A DNA stretch of 36,144 nt from an uncultured virus (IMG/VR IMGVR_UViG_2061766007_003009) (IMGVR_UViG_2061766007_003009); one strand, 5' to 3'. Shown: positions 19,739 through 29,858, numbered from the stretch's first letter. The notes: generated by a model from the letters alone, not told the origin. Translations and numbers: made by a program.

Positions 19739-21893
19739 TTGGAGTCCGAGGAGGGTATAGGTTTCCTTCTTGGAGAAGGGATAGAAGTTATTGTTGAAGT
19801 CGTAGGCTTTTCCGTCCGCCTCGCCCTTGATGGAAGTTTGGTTGGACTTGGCATCGAGCAAGGAGAATACGTAGCAATCCTTCTGCCAGTCGGCATACTT
19901 GGGATGTTCCGTGTTAGGCACAAGGTAGCAATCTTCATGGTTCCACACGTTATCCACTACAAGCCGACGGGCGGCGAAGCCGGACACGGCTCGGTCGAAN
20001 NNNNNNNNNNNNNNNNNNNNNNNNNNNNNNNNNNNNNNNNNNNAAGCCAATATAACATATTGCGTATTACGTTTGATGCTATTGGAATCATTAACCATGT
20101 ATCCTAATGAACCATCACATGTAGTGCCGTTTGCATTTCCGCTGGCTTTTGTTCGACATAGTATTCCATCTGTAGTATTTATTGCGGGTTTACATTTAGG
20201 TAATGCACCACGAATCCAACTCGACATAGGAGTTTTACCATCCATATTATAGTACGTGTGTGTACCTATGCATACCAAGTCTTGCCCATCCGGATTTTCC
20301 ATCAAATCAACCGGAAATTCGGTCTGAATGGAAGTAGAAGTTTTCTTTCCGGTCGGTTTCGCCATATTCCAAACCGAGAAGTTAATTGCCCAACCCGGTT
20401 TCACCCCGGCAAATTCTTCTGACGGGAAAGCAAAAGAATTATTGAATGTAAACACATCCTGCCATACCTTGCGGAACGGCTCACAGGCATCGCCCGTAAT
20501 CCAAGAGGGTGACGAGAACAACCCAACAGTTACATCAGTAAGTTTAAATTCTTTTACAATCTCCAGCATCCTATACAAAAATTGTACAGTTAACTCATTA
20601 GCGGCCTTACCCATTCCCTTTTCCATCATGCGGGACTTGACCGCCGTTTTTGAAGATTCTTTCTTGGAATCTCCACCCTTGTTTGCACCTTCACCTGTTC
20701 CGCTATACGGGGGGTTCTGGATGAAAACAATTTTTTTATCCTTGTTGGCTTTGAGGGCTTCTACCAGAGTTTTCGGGAGAGTTGCCGTGTCGCAGTTCAG
20801 GAAGTCCCAGACGAATGTCTCCTTTGCCTCGGTGGAAAGCGACTCGGAACTTTTCAGTTCGTTGGGGTCGATGGTAGAAAGAAAAAGATTTCCGAACTCG
20901 TAGTCGCGGGTGAGACTTTTCGTTCCGCACGAGCCATCCCACACGAGGGAGGTTTCTTCCCAGTCCTGACCGGCAGCACGGGCAATACGGCGGNNNNNNN
21001 NNNNNNNNNNNNNNNNNNNNNNCGCTAACAAGGGTATCATAGAGACGTTCGAGTTCACGGTGGTCATCCGGGGTAATTGCGCCGAAGCGTGCCTTGAACT
21101 GACGGGCCTTGACCTCGTTTACTGCAACCGGGGCATAGCCATCTACACCCATCAACTTGCCTTTGGCAATAACGGCATCGTCCTGCCCCTTGATAAAGGC
21201 ATAGTAGCGACCAACAAGTTCGTTGGAGGACATGTCATTCGTGGACAGGAGGATGGAACTGCAAAAATAATCAAACCCCTTCTTGAGCGTGGCCGGAGTG
21301 ATGGGAACGACCCTAACAATGCCCTTCGCCATATTTTCCATATAGTTAAATATCTTTTCTGGCGCAAAGTCCGGGTCAGCGGTGTGGAACACCATAGAGT
21401 TGTCGTTCACATCTTCGTCGTTGGCAATCGCATCCACGAGCGCCTGGTTCTTATGCTGTTCGGATGGTGGAAGGCTATCATCAATCATCTTCACGAACTT
21501 GTTTATAGTGTTCACATGAACACAGAAGCACTCATTAACGTCAGCAACGAATACCACGTCAGGGGTACGGGCAATGCCCTTACCGTCGATTATGCGCTTA
21601 TAATACTGGGTAGCCTGTGCGAGCACCTTCGCACGTTCACTCGGGTTGGACTGGTCTATGTCGGCCTTGAACTCGATAAGGATGGCGAACCCGTCAGCCT
21701 GCACGTATGCGTCACACTTGACGACACGGGATACCTTGACTTTCTTCCAATGGCCCTTGATAGCGTCAAGCCATACGTTGCCAACCTGGGATTCAATGTC
21801 GGTAAGGTTAGTGCCATTCTGAATGGCAGCAAGGTCGGCCTTGAGGCGATTGGTTGCACCCTTGCGGGTAAGTTCGGCTTTGAGTGTTGTCAT
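19739..21893 (-). CDS. Fused restriction endonuclease-like / amino-methyltransferase (type IIG-like); 3' end in gap
   Basis: N-terminal CDAYV...ILIEFK (PD-(D/E)xK-like); SAM motif I-like VWDGSCGT; catalytic NPPY; frames joined across gap 20994-21022. Confidence 0.7.
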
Positions 21894-22008
21894 AGCAGTC
21901 TCCTTGTTGTAAACTATATATATGTCTCGGTATCTCCCGGGGCATCCCCCNNNNNNNNNNNNNNNNNNNNNNNNNNNNNNNNNNNNNNNCCCGAATCCAG
22001 TTCAGGGG

Positions 22009-22043
22009 AAAAGAGTTGGCCCCCGGACGAACCGGGAGCCAAC
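22009..22043 (-). terminator. Putative intrinsic terminator in a gene-less unit
   Basis: Minus strand GTTGGCTCCCGG-TTCGT-CCGGGGGCCAAC-TCTTTT. Confidence 0.65.
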
Positions 22044-22127
22044 CGTTGGCTGCTATGGAGAAACTTTACGACACGGGTATGCCTCCCGGTAGTCCCCGGG
22101 AGCATCCCCCATCCGCTCCCGGTGGAA

Positions 22128-22433
22128 TCACTGATATTCCTCCAGCAGTTCGAACATACTCTCGTATGACAGGTCGAGGTTCCCCGCGGCATTGGCTATG
22201 TCACGGAGCAGTTGCTCTGCGTCATTTGACTCGTCGAATCCCCAGGTGCCTATCTTTCCGGTCTCTCCGGGGTCGCATACCTGGGACTCGATGGTAAAGC
22301 TGTTCCTATCCGGGTAGACCCGCGCTACTACGTGCTCGTAGCAGGCGGTGTATTCCAGCGAGCCGTCGGCATCCCGTGTGAAAGATATTCCGTCTGCCTC
22401 GAGGGATTTCACCAGTTCTTCGGAAAATACCAT
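22128..22433 (-). CDS. Small acidic hypothetical protein
   Basis: 101 aa, AAGGAGG RBS. Confidence 0.8.
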   Translation of the reverse strand: MVFSEELVKSLEADGISFTRDADGSLEYTACYEHVVARVYPDRNSFTIESQVCDPGETGKIGTWGFDESNDAEQLLRDIANAAGNLDLSYESMFELLEEYQ

Positions 22434-22505
22434 AGTTGCCTCCTTGTTGTATGAAAATTATCCTCCCGGAGTCCCCGGGAGCATCCCCCATCCGTTCCCG
22501 GTGGA

Positions 22506-22889
22506 CTACTTGATAATCTCCGGGAGTTCCTTGTCGATTTCGATTCCGAATAGTTTGGCCTTCTTCTTGAACTCTTCCCAGAACGGCTTGAGGCGTTCGA
22601 TGGGAGTGGACTTGATGGTAGTCCCGTCCGTGGCCACGTCGAACCATGCGTCTATGCACTCGTCCTTGTCGTCGCTGAAGATTTNNNNNNNNNNGGCGGC
22701 CAGCAGTTTCTCGGGATTACATTCGTCCGGTTCAATGGTGATACCGGTGGTGTCGGACACGGAAGCGGCGAAGTCGTCCGGGTTCGTCTCAATCCACTCG
22801 TTGACGGCGTCGCGGACGGCAAAGATGAAGTCCGCCTTTGTCATGGCCGAGGTGGTGAAGAGAAGCACGTAGCGGTTCGGCTCCTCGTA
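22506..22889 (-). CDS. Partial paralog of 23861-24286; start in gap
   Basis: YEEPNRYVLLFTTSAMTKADFIFAVRDAVNEWIETNPDDFAASVSDT is shared; C-terminus differs. Confidence 0.6.
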   Translation of the reverse strand, partial: YEEPNRYVLLFTTSAMTKADFIFAVRDAVNEWIETNPDDFAASVSDTTGITIEPDECNPEKLLAAXXXXIFSDDKDECIDAWFDVATDGTTIKSTPIERLKPFWEEFKKKAKLFGIEIDKELPEIIK

Positions 22890-22899
22890 NNNNNNNNNN

Positions 22900-23154
22900 A
22901 TCTTCCTCTCCTACTCGGATAAGGTAGTAATCTTCTTCGTCGGCATTGTCGAGCACGTCCATGATGGCATCAACATCCCGATAGTTTCCCCGGCAGTATT
23001 CGTCCCACTTCGTATATGCCTCGAAGTAGTAGGTCTGCCCACTGGGGGAAACCTTGAGTTCGTTGAACGGCGAACCAGTGTCCTTGATTGCCTTGAAAAT
23101 TTTCTTTGCCACCTTCTTCTTTGCGAGAAGCCTGACTGTGCTGTAATATCCCAT
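22900..23154 (-). CDS. Hypothetical protein (MGYYSTV...LIRVGEED); 3' end in gap
   Basis: AAAGGAGAC RBS, motif copy 23204. Confidence 0.7.
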
Positions 23155-23178
23155 ATTAGTCTCCTTTCGTTTAAAAAG

Positions 23179-23403
23179 TTATCCTCCCGGTAGTTCCGGG
23201 AGGCATCCCCCATCCGTCCCCGGTGGGTTGGCCTTCTCCTTCCGTTCCAGTCCATCTTCCTCTCGGCCTCGAATCCACTGGAAAAAAGATTTTTTGCAGT
23301 CGCCGCAGATGATTTTCTCGGAACCGCCCACCTTGATTATAAGGAACTGGGCGTATTCTCCCGACGTATCAAACTCCTGACGGCAGTAAGGGCACGTTCT
23401 CAT
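23179..23403 (-). CDS. Small C4 zinc-finger protein
   Basis: CPYC...CGDC; ATGA coupling to the upstream gene; reads through motif copy 23204. Confidence 0.65.
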   Translation of the reverse strand: MRTCPYCRQEFDTSGEYAQFLIIKVGGSEKIICGDCKKSFFQWIRGREEDGLERKEKANPPGTDGGCLPELPGG

Positions 23404-23780
23404 TGCCAGTCCTCCCCGTAGAGCCTGCGGAGTTCCCCGAGGGTCTTCTTCAGGGGTTCCACGGAGGTATCACGCTCGATGTACATGCCGAACGGGAGTT
23501 TCAGGTCGAACAGTTCCTTCAGGCTGATGTCCCCGAGTTCCAGCCCGTAGCCCAGCGTGGAGGCAGAGAACACAATCATGTTCTCCTCGACGTGGTCGGC
23601 ATCCTTGTGTTCCTGGTCGGTGAAGAACATGGAGTCCTCCAGCACGTACCAGGTTCCGCGTCCGCACGGGTTGAAGTAGCGGGCGATAACACGCTTCTCG
23701 TCCTTCGGGGTTCCGTCGGTAGAGGCGTACGGGGTCTTGGCGAGAGCCTTGATGATGTCCTGTGTCAGTCTTTTCTGCAT
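23400..23780 (-). CDS. DUF2958-like protein
   Basis: RYFNPCGRGTWYVLE...GLELGDISLKEL...IERD pattern. Confidence 0.75.
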   Translation of the reverse strand: MQKRLTQDIIKALAKTPYASTDGTPKDEKRVIARYFNPCGRGTWYVLEDSMFFTDQEHKDADHVEENMIVFSASTLGYGLELGDISLKELFDLKLPFGMYIERDTSVEPLKKTLGELRRLYGEDWQ

Positions 23781-23860
23781 AGCAATCTCCTTGTTGTATA
23801 CGGGATATGCCTCCCGGAATATCCGGGAGCATCCCCCATCCGTAACCGGTGGGTAAGTAA

Positions 23861-24286
23861 TTAGTCGTCAGACTCCCAGTACGCCACGCTGTCGCGGATG
23901 TCGTCGTCCTCGTCGCCGTCGCATACGAACGCCGGACTGAATACAGAGAAGCCGTGCTTGTGGGCGATGTGGTCCGGAAGGTCACTGTAGACCATGTCCC
24001 ACGTGTAGGGGGCGTCCTTGCATGCGGCCAGCAGTTCCTCTGGCGTACAGTCCGTGTCAATGGTGAAACCGGTGCCGGTGTCGGACACGGACGCGGCGAA
24101 GTCGTCCGGGTTCGTCTCGATCCACTCGTTGACGGCGTCGCGGACGGCGAAGATGAAGTCCGCCTTGGTCATGGCCGAGGTGGTGAAGAGAAGCACGTAG
24201 CGGTTCGGCTCCTCGTACGGGTCATCCACGTCGCGGTTGAGTTTGATTTCGACGAGGTTGGGGAATACTTTTTCATCTCTCTTCAT
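23861..24286 (-). CDS. Acidic hypothetical protein (MKRDEKVF...)
   Basis: AAGGAGAC RBS, motif copy 24336. Confidence 0.8.
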   Translation of the reverse strand: MKRDEKVFPNLVEIKLNRDVDDPYEEPNRYVLLFTTSAMTKADFIFAVRDAVNEWIETNPDDFAASVSDTGTGFTIDTDCTPEELLAACKDAPYTWDMVYSDLPDHIAHKHGFSVFSPAFVCDGDEDDDIRDSVAYWESDD

Positions 24287-24365
24287 AGGTGTCTCCTTGT
24301 TGCATACGGGATATGCCTCCCGGAATCTCCGGGAGCATCCCCCATCCGTAACCGGTGGGTACCTT

Positions 24366-24785
24366 CTAGTCCAGCAGGAATCCGTCGTCGTGGTAGAACT
24401 CCTCGTCAAGCGACGGTTCCGGTGCCAGACGGAACCCATGCTGCTTCATGATTTTCTCCGGGATGTGCGATACGCAGCGGGCGGGGAACCTGGACAGCAC
24501 ATACGTGTCCTCGGAATCCCAGTCTTCGGATTCGCTTTCAAAGTCATATCCGTACCCGTAGTTGTCAATTTCGTACTTGACTTCCTCGGGGTCTGCCTTG
24601 AACCAGTCCTTGACTGCCGCCTTGATTTTTTCGTCGAAGGCGTTGCGGAGTTCCTTGTTAAAGTCCTTCTTGGACTTCTTTCCCTTTACGCAGTCGAGGT
24701 CTGCTATAAATTCATCGCAGATGTCGTACTCGTTCTTCCCGTCGGGGTCCTTGATTGTAAATCTGATAAGGTATTCCTTTGCCAT
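24366..24785 (-). CDS. Acidic hypothetical protein (MAKEYLIRF...)
   Basis: 139 aa, RBS; C-terminus (HIPEKIMKQHGF) resembles the neighbour's DLPDHIAHKHGF. Confidence 0.8.
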   Translation of the reverse strand: MAKEYLIRFTIKDPDGKNEYDICDEFIADLDCVKGKKSKKDFNKELRNAFDEKIKAAVKDWFKADPEEVKYEIDNYGYGYDFESESEDWDSEDTYVLSRFPARCVSHIPEKIMKQHGFRLAPEPSLDEEFYHDDGFLLD

Positions 24786-24866
24786 TGTGGTCTCCTTGTT
24801 GCATACGGGATATGCTCCCGGAATCCCCGGGAGTCATCCCCCATCCTGCACCGGTGGGATAAAAAT

Positions 24867-25526
24867 TTATTTCCTGAACTCCTCGAAGTCGCAGTCCCAG
24901 AGTTCCAAGTCGCTGTTGTATATGTCGCTCAAGTCCTCGCAGGCAACGAACTCGCACTCGTCAATAATTCTCTCGATGTCGTACTCGTCGGGATTCAGCC
25001 CCTCGTCCTCAAGGGCACGCAGGACTTCCGCACGCTTCTTCTCGGGGGTCAGCAGGACATCGGAGTAGGTTTCCTGGGTCATAGAGTACTCGCCGTCCTC
25101 TCCTTCCATAAAGAGGAGGTAGTCGTTCCCCGGTTCGCAGGCGGTCAGGCTGAACGACAGCGTGGGGTACTTCTTCACGATAGCCCTTATCCAGTCCACC
25201 GGGGCACACCAGGCCGTGCTGAAGTCGTAGGTGGCACAGCCCGGGTCTTCGTCCATACACACGTCCGAGCAGTCCCACTTCGTTCCCCAGTTCGCCACTC
25301 GCCAGTTGTACCAGTCGAACTTGAAATCGCCATTCGGGGTGTGGATAACCGGGCCGTCCACGTCCGCCTTTTCAGCCGGAATCCACCACTTGATGTCGTT
25401 CCTTTCCTCGGGAACGCTCGCATTGAACGACAGGGGGCAGTCCTCCCCCTGATTCTCCTTGACGAAACGGGAGACCTCAAAGTCATTCCCGGTAACCTGT
25501 AACCTGTTAGTGCACCAATTCGGCAT
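24867..25526 (-). CDS. DUF1281/YubB (Api92-like) ferredoxin-fold protein
   Basis: MPNWCTNRL...WYNWRVANWGTKWD...FSTAWCAP...EPG signature. Confidence 0.8.
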   Translation of the reverse strand: MPNWCTNRLQVTGNDFEVSRFVKENQGEDCPLSFNASVPEERNDIKWWIPAEKADVDGPVIHTPNGDFKFDWYNWRVANWGTKWDCSDVCMDEDPGCATYDFSTAWCAPVDWIRAIVKKYPTLSFSLTACEPGNDYLLFMEGEDGEYSMTQETYSDVLLTPEKKRAEVLRALEDEGLNPDEYDIERIIDECEFVACEDLSDIYNSDLELWDCDFEEFRK

Positions 25527-25646
25527 AGCAAACCTCCATTCGTTTAAAAATTATCCTCCCGGTATCTCCCGGGAGCATCCCCCATCCATACCCGGTGGAC
25601 TACGGTAACCCCTGACGCCGGGCCCCTGAAGGTCTTTCGGCAGTAT

Positions 25647-25681
25647 AAAGGGAAAGCCCCCGGGGGTTACCGGGGGCTTCC
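25647..25681 (-). terminator. Putative intrinsic terminator
   Basis: AAGCCCCCGG-N6-CCGGGGGCTT stem just after stop 25699. Confidence 0.55.
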
Positions 25682-25698
25682 TGTTGGCTGCTATGGTA

Positions 25699-26112
25699 TT
25701 AAGTTTCGGTTGCACAGAGTGCGGTAGCGTTCAGTTCGTCGGGTTCAGCCGTGAGGTACTCGCGGTAGGCCCGTTCCTTTGCCTTGCGCTTCGCCTCGGC
25801 GGGGCTCTTGGCAACCACCTGGAGAGTGAACTCCACGTTCACGGACACCTGCACGTCGTAGGTCTTGGGTTCGTCCGGAATCTCCATTCCCCCGTCACAG
25901 CCGTCAAGGACGAGGGTGCAGCCGGCGAGTGCCGGGCAGAGTTCAACGGCGCGGACGATTGCGGCCCTGCCGAGTTCGCTGTCCTTCCGGATAGCGTTGG
26001 GATTCTCCGGGTCAGCCCGGTGATTGAGGGTGACTCCCACCCAGAGGGAAACGTCCGGTGCACCGGTATCAGCCACGGGTGCAACGTGTACGCAGTAGTG
26101 ATATTTTGCCAT
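25699..26112 (-). CDS. Hypothetical protein (MAKYHYCV...), DpnD/PcfM-like C-terminal motif
   Basis: GGAGG RBS; TYDVQVSV..TLQVVAKSPAEAKRKA. Confidence 0.7.
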   Translation of the reverse strand: MAKYHYCVHVAPVADTGAPDVSLWVGVTLNHRADPENPNAIRKDSELGRAAIVRAVELCPALAGCTLVLDGCDGGMEIPDEPKTYDVQVSVNVEFTLQVVAKSPAEAKRKAKERAYREYLTAEPDELNATALCATET

Positions 26113-26186
26113 AGTAAGCCTCCATTTGTTTAAGAAGTTATCCTCCCGGTGTATCCGGGAGGCATCCCCCATCCGTTTCCGGTGGG

Positions 26187-26528
26187 TTACTTACGGTAGT
26201 CCTCAATCCGCCACTTGGTATTGTCGAGCAGCCACTCCTCGATGTCGTAGTGACCCATAGTCCACTCGTCAAGGTCAAGGATGCCCTCGGCCACCTCGCA
26301 TATCACGTTGTCCCAGCCGTAGATAGGCTCGGCCGCACAACCCTCCTCTATCTGGCGGGCTACCAACGCGAGCATATCCTCGTCACTGGCACCCACGTAG
26401 TCAGGCTTCAGCATCTCGTTATCGTACCATTCAAGAATGGCGTCACGCTTGGCGAGAATCCACGCGTCAAGTTTCGGGTCAAGAGTACGGTTGTTCGGGT
26501 TCAGAAACTTTCCCTTTTTCATATCCAT
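26187..26528 (-). CDS. Acidic hypothetical protein
   Basis: 113 aa, GGAGG RBS, stop abuts motif copy 26163. Confidence 0.8.
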   Translation of the reverse strand: MDMKKGKFLNPNNRTLDPKLDAWILAKRDAILEWYDNEMLKPDYVGASDEDMLALVARQIEEGCAAEPIYGWDNVICEVAEGILDLDEWTMGHYDIEEWLLDNTKWRIEDYRK

Positions 26529-26753
26529 AATAGCCTCCGTTTGCTATACATATATCTCCCGGGTTCTCCCGGCAGCATCCCCCATCCGTTCCCGGTGCCT
26601 ACCGGGAGGCTCCCGCTTCAGGTACCCGGGGTTCAATTTCAGGAATAGGAAAAATTTTCCGCCGAGTCAAGTACCTCTATTGTAAAACTTAATTTACACA
26701 GGAAACCTCCCGGCAGGTACCGGGAGGCTCCGTGGAGGTTGCTATTGGAAAAA

Positions 26754-27287
26754 CTAGGTAATCAACCAGTCAATGGGCGAGGTGTACTTTTCAATATCTA
26801 CCGGGGTGCAGTAGTCATCTTCACACTTCGCGAGGTACTTCAGCCCCTGCTTCGTGATTTCCCTCACGTGGTAGAAGTTCGTGCCATCGTGGTGAGGTAC
26901 CTCTACAAACAGCCCGTCCTTGTCATAGCCGACACGCATTTCGTATTCGGAGCAGCGGGGAATGAACATGCCGAAGAACTTGACCGGGTCATCCACCTTT
27001 ACCGGAGTGCAGGTTCCGTGAGGGCCGTCCCAGAGGCCCGCGTGGCCCGTCACCAGGACGTTTGCCGGCAACTTGCGCTCCCACTTGAGCGCGTCAAGGA
27101 AGTCCTCCCAGTCCCAGCCGCGGACGGTACTGACTTCAACCCAGTAGTCCTCGCTGTTCTCTTCGGGGACTTCGCGGTCGTTAGCCTCGCAGTTCTCCCG
27201 GATTTCGTCCATAGGGATTTCACGGTCGCTCTCGTAGAGCATAACCCTTTCCTGCCCGTTCAGTTCAACTTTTTCCCTTTCTGCCAT
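26754..27287 (-). CDS. Hypothetical protein (G..GLWDG...HHDGTN family of MGE proteins)
   Basis: GGAGG RBS, MAEREKV start. Confidence 0.8.
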   Translation of the reverse strand: MAEREKVELNGQERVMLYESDREIPMDEIRENCEANDREVPEENSEDYWVEVSTVRGWDWEDFLDALKWERKLPANVLVTGHAGLWDGPHGTCTPVKVDDPVKFFGMFIPRCSEYEMRVGYDKDGLFVEVPHHDGTNFYHVREITKQGLKYLAKCEDDYCTPVDIEKYTSPIDWLIT

Positions 27288-27401
27288 AGTAAGCCTCCAT
27301 TGCTTGTATATTATATATCCCCCGGTGGCTCCGGGAGGCATCCCCCATCCGTACCCGGTGGATACCATTGGTCTTGCCCGACCGGCCGCTTCAGACTCCA
27401 G

Positions 27402-27439
27402 AAAAAAGAAAAAAATTCCCGGGATTGCTCCCGGGAGTT
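27402..27439 (-). terminator. Putative intrinsic terminator
   Basis: CCCGGGA stem with long minus-strand U tract after stop 27448. Confidence 0.65.
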
Positions 27440-27447
27440 CCTCCTTC

Positions 27448-27813
27448 TTAAATTTTTTCCTTCACTAGCCGGGTGCAGTCCCTCTGACACAGGGTAATTT
27501 CCTTATCCTTCTTGCCGGAATACTTCCCGTTTACCCAGCGCTCGGCAAGTTCGTCCAGAATGTCCCAGCGTAGACCCATCCTGTCCGAGTGATTCTTCTC
27601 GGTGTCCAAGTCCTCATCCAGCCCGCCGAAGTCCAAGTTCTCCTCCAGCATCATGCTCATCGCGGTAATCTTAGTGCCCTCGTCATCCCGTTCAAGGTCG
27701 GGATTGTTGTCCAGCACGTCATCAAGGGTGTCCTCGTAGTCCTGAGCGCAGGCGAGGCACCAGATGTCGCTACGGATACAGGACTTCTGGAGTTCTTCGT
27801 TTGTCAGTTCCAT
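27448..27813 (-). CDS. Acidic hypothetical protein
   Basis: 121 aa, AGGAG RBS. Confidence 0.75.
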   Translation of the reverse strand: MELTNEELQKSCIRSDIWCLACAQDYEDTLDDVLDNNPDLERDDEGTKITAMSMMLEENLDFGGLDEDLDTEKNHSDRMGLRWDILDELAERWVNGKYSGKKDKEITLCQRDCTRLVKEKI

Positions 27814-27822
27814 AATGCTCTC

Positions 27823-27954
27823 CTAGTAGCGGAAAGTACGCTTTCCGGTGTGAGTGAAAATCGGGGTGGACAGCCTCTCCGGCTTGTCCTTTTCCTCTGC
27901 CTTGCGTTCCTTGATACGCTCCGCAAGCAGTTCTGCAAGTTTCTTCTCGTCCAT
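27823..27954 (-). CDS. 43-aa small protein (MDEKKLAELLAE...)
   Basis: AAAGGAGG RBS, motif copy 28005. Confidence 0.65.
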   Translation of the reverse strand: MDEKKLAELLAERIKERKAEEKDKPERLSTPIFTHTGKRTFRY

Positions 27955-28122
27955 GTCAGCCTCCTTTCGGTATATACCATATGCCTCCCGGAACCTTCCG
28001 GGAGCATCCCCCATCCGCTCCCGGTAGATACCGGGAAGAAAAAATTTGGAAAGCCCCATCCCGGGGCCTTCCCGTCATTTACCCGTGGTATCCCCCGGTA
28101 CGCCCTTCGTTGCCACGTGCCA

Positions 28123-28445
28123 TTACTTGACCCCCTTCTTGACGGTCTCTGCGGCACTGTCGGCCTTCTTCTTGATGTTGGACTTGGCGGTCTCCACCTC
28201 GTCCTTGACGGCCTTGACCACCGCATCCTTCGCCTCGGTCGCCTGCTCGGCAATGGCCTCGCCCGTGCCCTTCGCGCCCTCTACGGCTACGTCCACGACC
28301 GCGCTCGCGGCATCCCCGGCANNNNNNNNNNNNNNNNNNNNNCTGCACGGGCGGTCTCCTTCGCGGCTGCACGGCTATCGTCCCCGCAACCCACTAGAAT
28401 ACCGATTGCGAGAACCGGGAGGAATCTGAACAACATTCTTTTCAT
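28123..28445 (-). CDS. Putative lipoprotein with Ala/Lys/Glu-rich helical body
   Basis: MKRMLFRFLPVLAIGILVG-C lipobox; AAAAGGAGAC RBS; ends AETVKKGVK-TAA; not shown intact in the ORF track because of a gap. Confidence 0.7.
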
Positions 28446-28532
28446 ATATGTCTCCTTTTGGAATAAAAAATTTTCACATAGGGACTATGCCCCGGGAATC
28501 CCCCGGGACATCCCCCATCCGCTCCCGGTGGG

Positions 28533-28913
28533 TTACTTGTATTCTTCCTCGTCCTTGCGGGCTTCCTCGCAGAGCCTTTCAAACAGGGCTGGGATTTCGC
28601 TTACCTTCTGGATACCCTCGTCAGGGCCGACCGCGCAGCCATAGCCGTTCTTGACCTCTACGAACAGTTCAAAGTGCTGTTCCTCGCCCCACTCCACGGT
28701 ACGGAAACACCCGGTAAACTCCTTGTTCTCGAAGTCGAGGTCGTAGCGGGTGTCCTCTTCATCCCCGATGTGTGCATCCACGATGTCCACCTTATCCCCG
28801 ATGGTATCAACAAGAATCTTCTCCATTGCGGTCTTGACGAAGTCCTTTGTAAAAGCCGACCATTTGCCGTCAGCGGGAACCGCCTCGTTGATTGCCTTGA
28901 TAATTGCGTCCAT
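28533..28913 (-). CDS. Acidic hypothetical protein (MDAIIKA...)
   Basis: GGAGG RBS; stop abuts motif copy 28509. Confidence 0.8.
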   Translation of the reverse strand: MDAIIKAINEAVPADGKWSAFTKDFVKTAMEKILVDTIGDKVDIVDAHIGDEEDTRYDLDFENKEFTGCFRTVEWGEEQHFELFVEVKNGYGCAVGPDEGIQKVSEIPALFERLCEEARKDEEEYK

Positions 28914-29063
28914 AGTATTGCCTCCGCGCTTAAAATTCTGCATTATGGATATGCACCCCGGTGCTACCGGGAGCATCCCCCATCCGCTCCCGGTGGGTAC
29001 CGGGAGATGACCGGGAAGAAAAATTTTCCTGCCGGGAGGTTCCGGCANNNNNNNNNNNNNNNN

Positions 29064-29472
29064 GCATTTGTTCGCGACCTGGTCCGCAGGGCGTATTCCA
29101 TTCCTCCTGCAGGCTCAGTTTCACGCGCTGTGCCGTGGTCAGCGGGGACTTGCTTATGCAGTGGTCATAGACCCTTGTAGTCCCGTAGTAGCCGTTATGG
29201 TACCACTTGCGGTACACGTAGTATCCCGCGTCCTTTATGTCGGCCACGATGGCATCCCAATGCTCCTCGGTCAGCAGGAAGGACTCGTTGCCCCCCTTGA
29301 ACTCCTTCACCCACCCTGCCCAAATGTGCTCGGGCATAGGAGTCTTGTCATAGGACTGCTTTTCCCACTTCTTGGAAAAAATATATTCCTCCACCTTTTC
29401 CACCTCGTGGCGGAACTGCTTGGCGTTCTGCTCGGCAATCTGTTCTTGAATCGTGTTGTTCTTTGGAATCAT
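29064..29472 (-). CDS. Hypothetical protein (MIPKNNT...); stop probably in gap
   Basis: GAGGT RBS, motif copy 29521. Confidence 0.7.
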
Positions 29473-29657
29473 AGCATACCTCGTTTGTTATATACCATAT
29501 ACCATAGGAACCTCCCGGGCCATCCCCCATCCGCCACCGGTGGCTACCGGTATCGCCAGCGGGGCACGCTGGAGCCCCCTCGGTGGTCTCCGGAGGGGGC
29601 ATACGGCAGAGCCCTCCCGAGGGGTATCGGGAGGGCTCCACGTTCGCTATGGTATCG

Positions 29658-29858
29658 CTACCATACGGGTCTCTTGAGGCACCTGATGACCGAGGCGTAG
29701 AACGCCACGAGCACCACGAGCCAAGAGACTCCGAGTTCAACGGTATCGCCCGAGAATGCCCACGTGCCGTTGGCGATAGCGGCAAGCGTGATGGCGGTCT
29801 CGCCAACGAGGGCGAGGGTAAAGGCGGTAAGCACCGCCACAATCAGGGTCTTGAGCAT
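29658..29858 (-). CDS. Small two-TM membrane protein
   Basis: MLKTLIVAVL...ETA...ELGVSWLVVLVAF; paralog of 35291-35646. Confidence 0.7.
   Translation of the reverse strand: MLKTLIVAVLTAFTLALVGETAITLAAIANGTWAFSGDTVELGVSWLVVLVAFYASVIRCLKRPVW

Noticed and set aside
18677..21067. Single 796-aa ORF across the 850-N gap
   Set aside because: Continuity is an artefact of Ns; the left fragment is probably a separate gene.
13798..24217. Diversity-generating retroelement TR/VR pairs among the duplicated segments
   Set aside because: No reverse transcriptase in the window, and differences are not confined to adenines.
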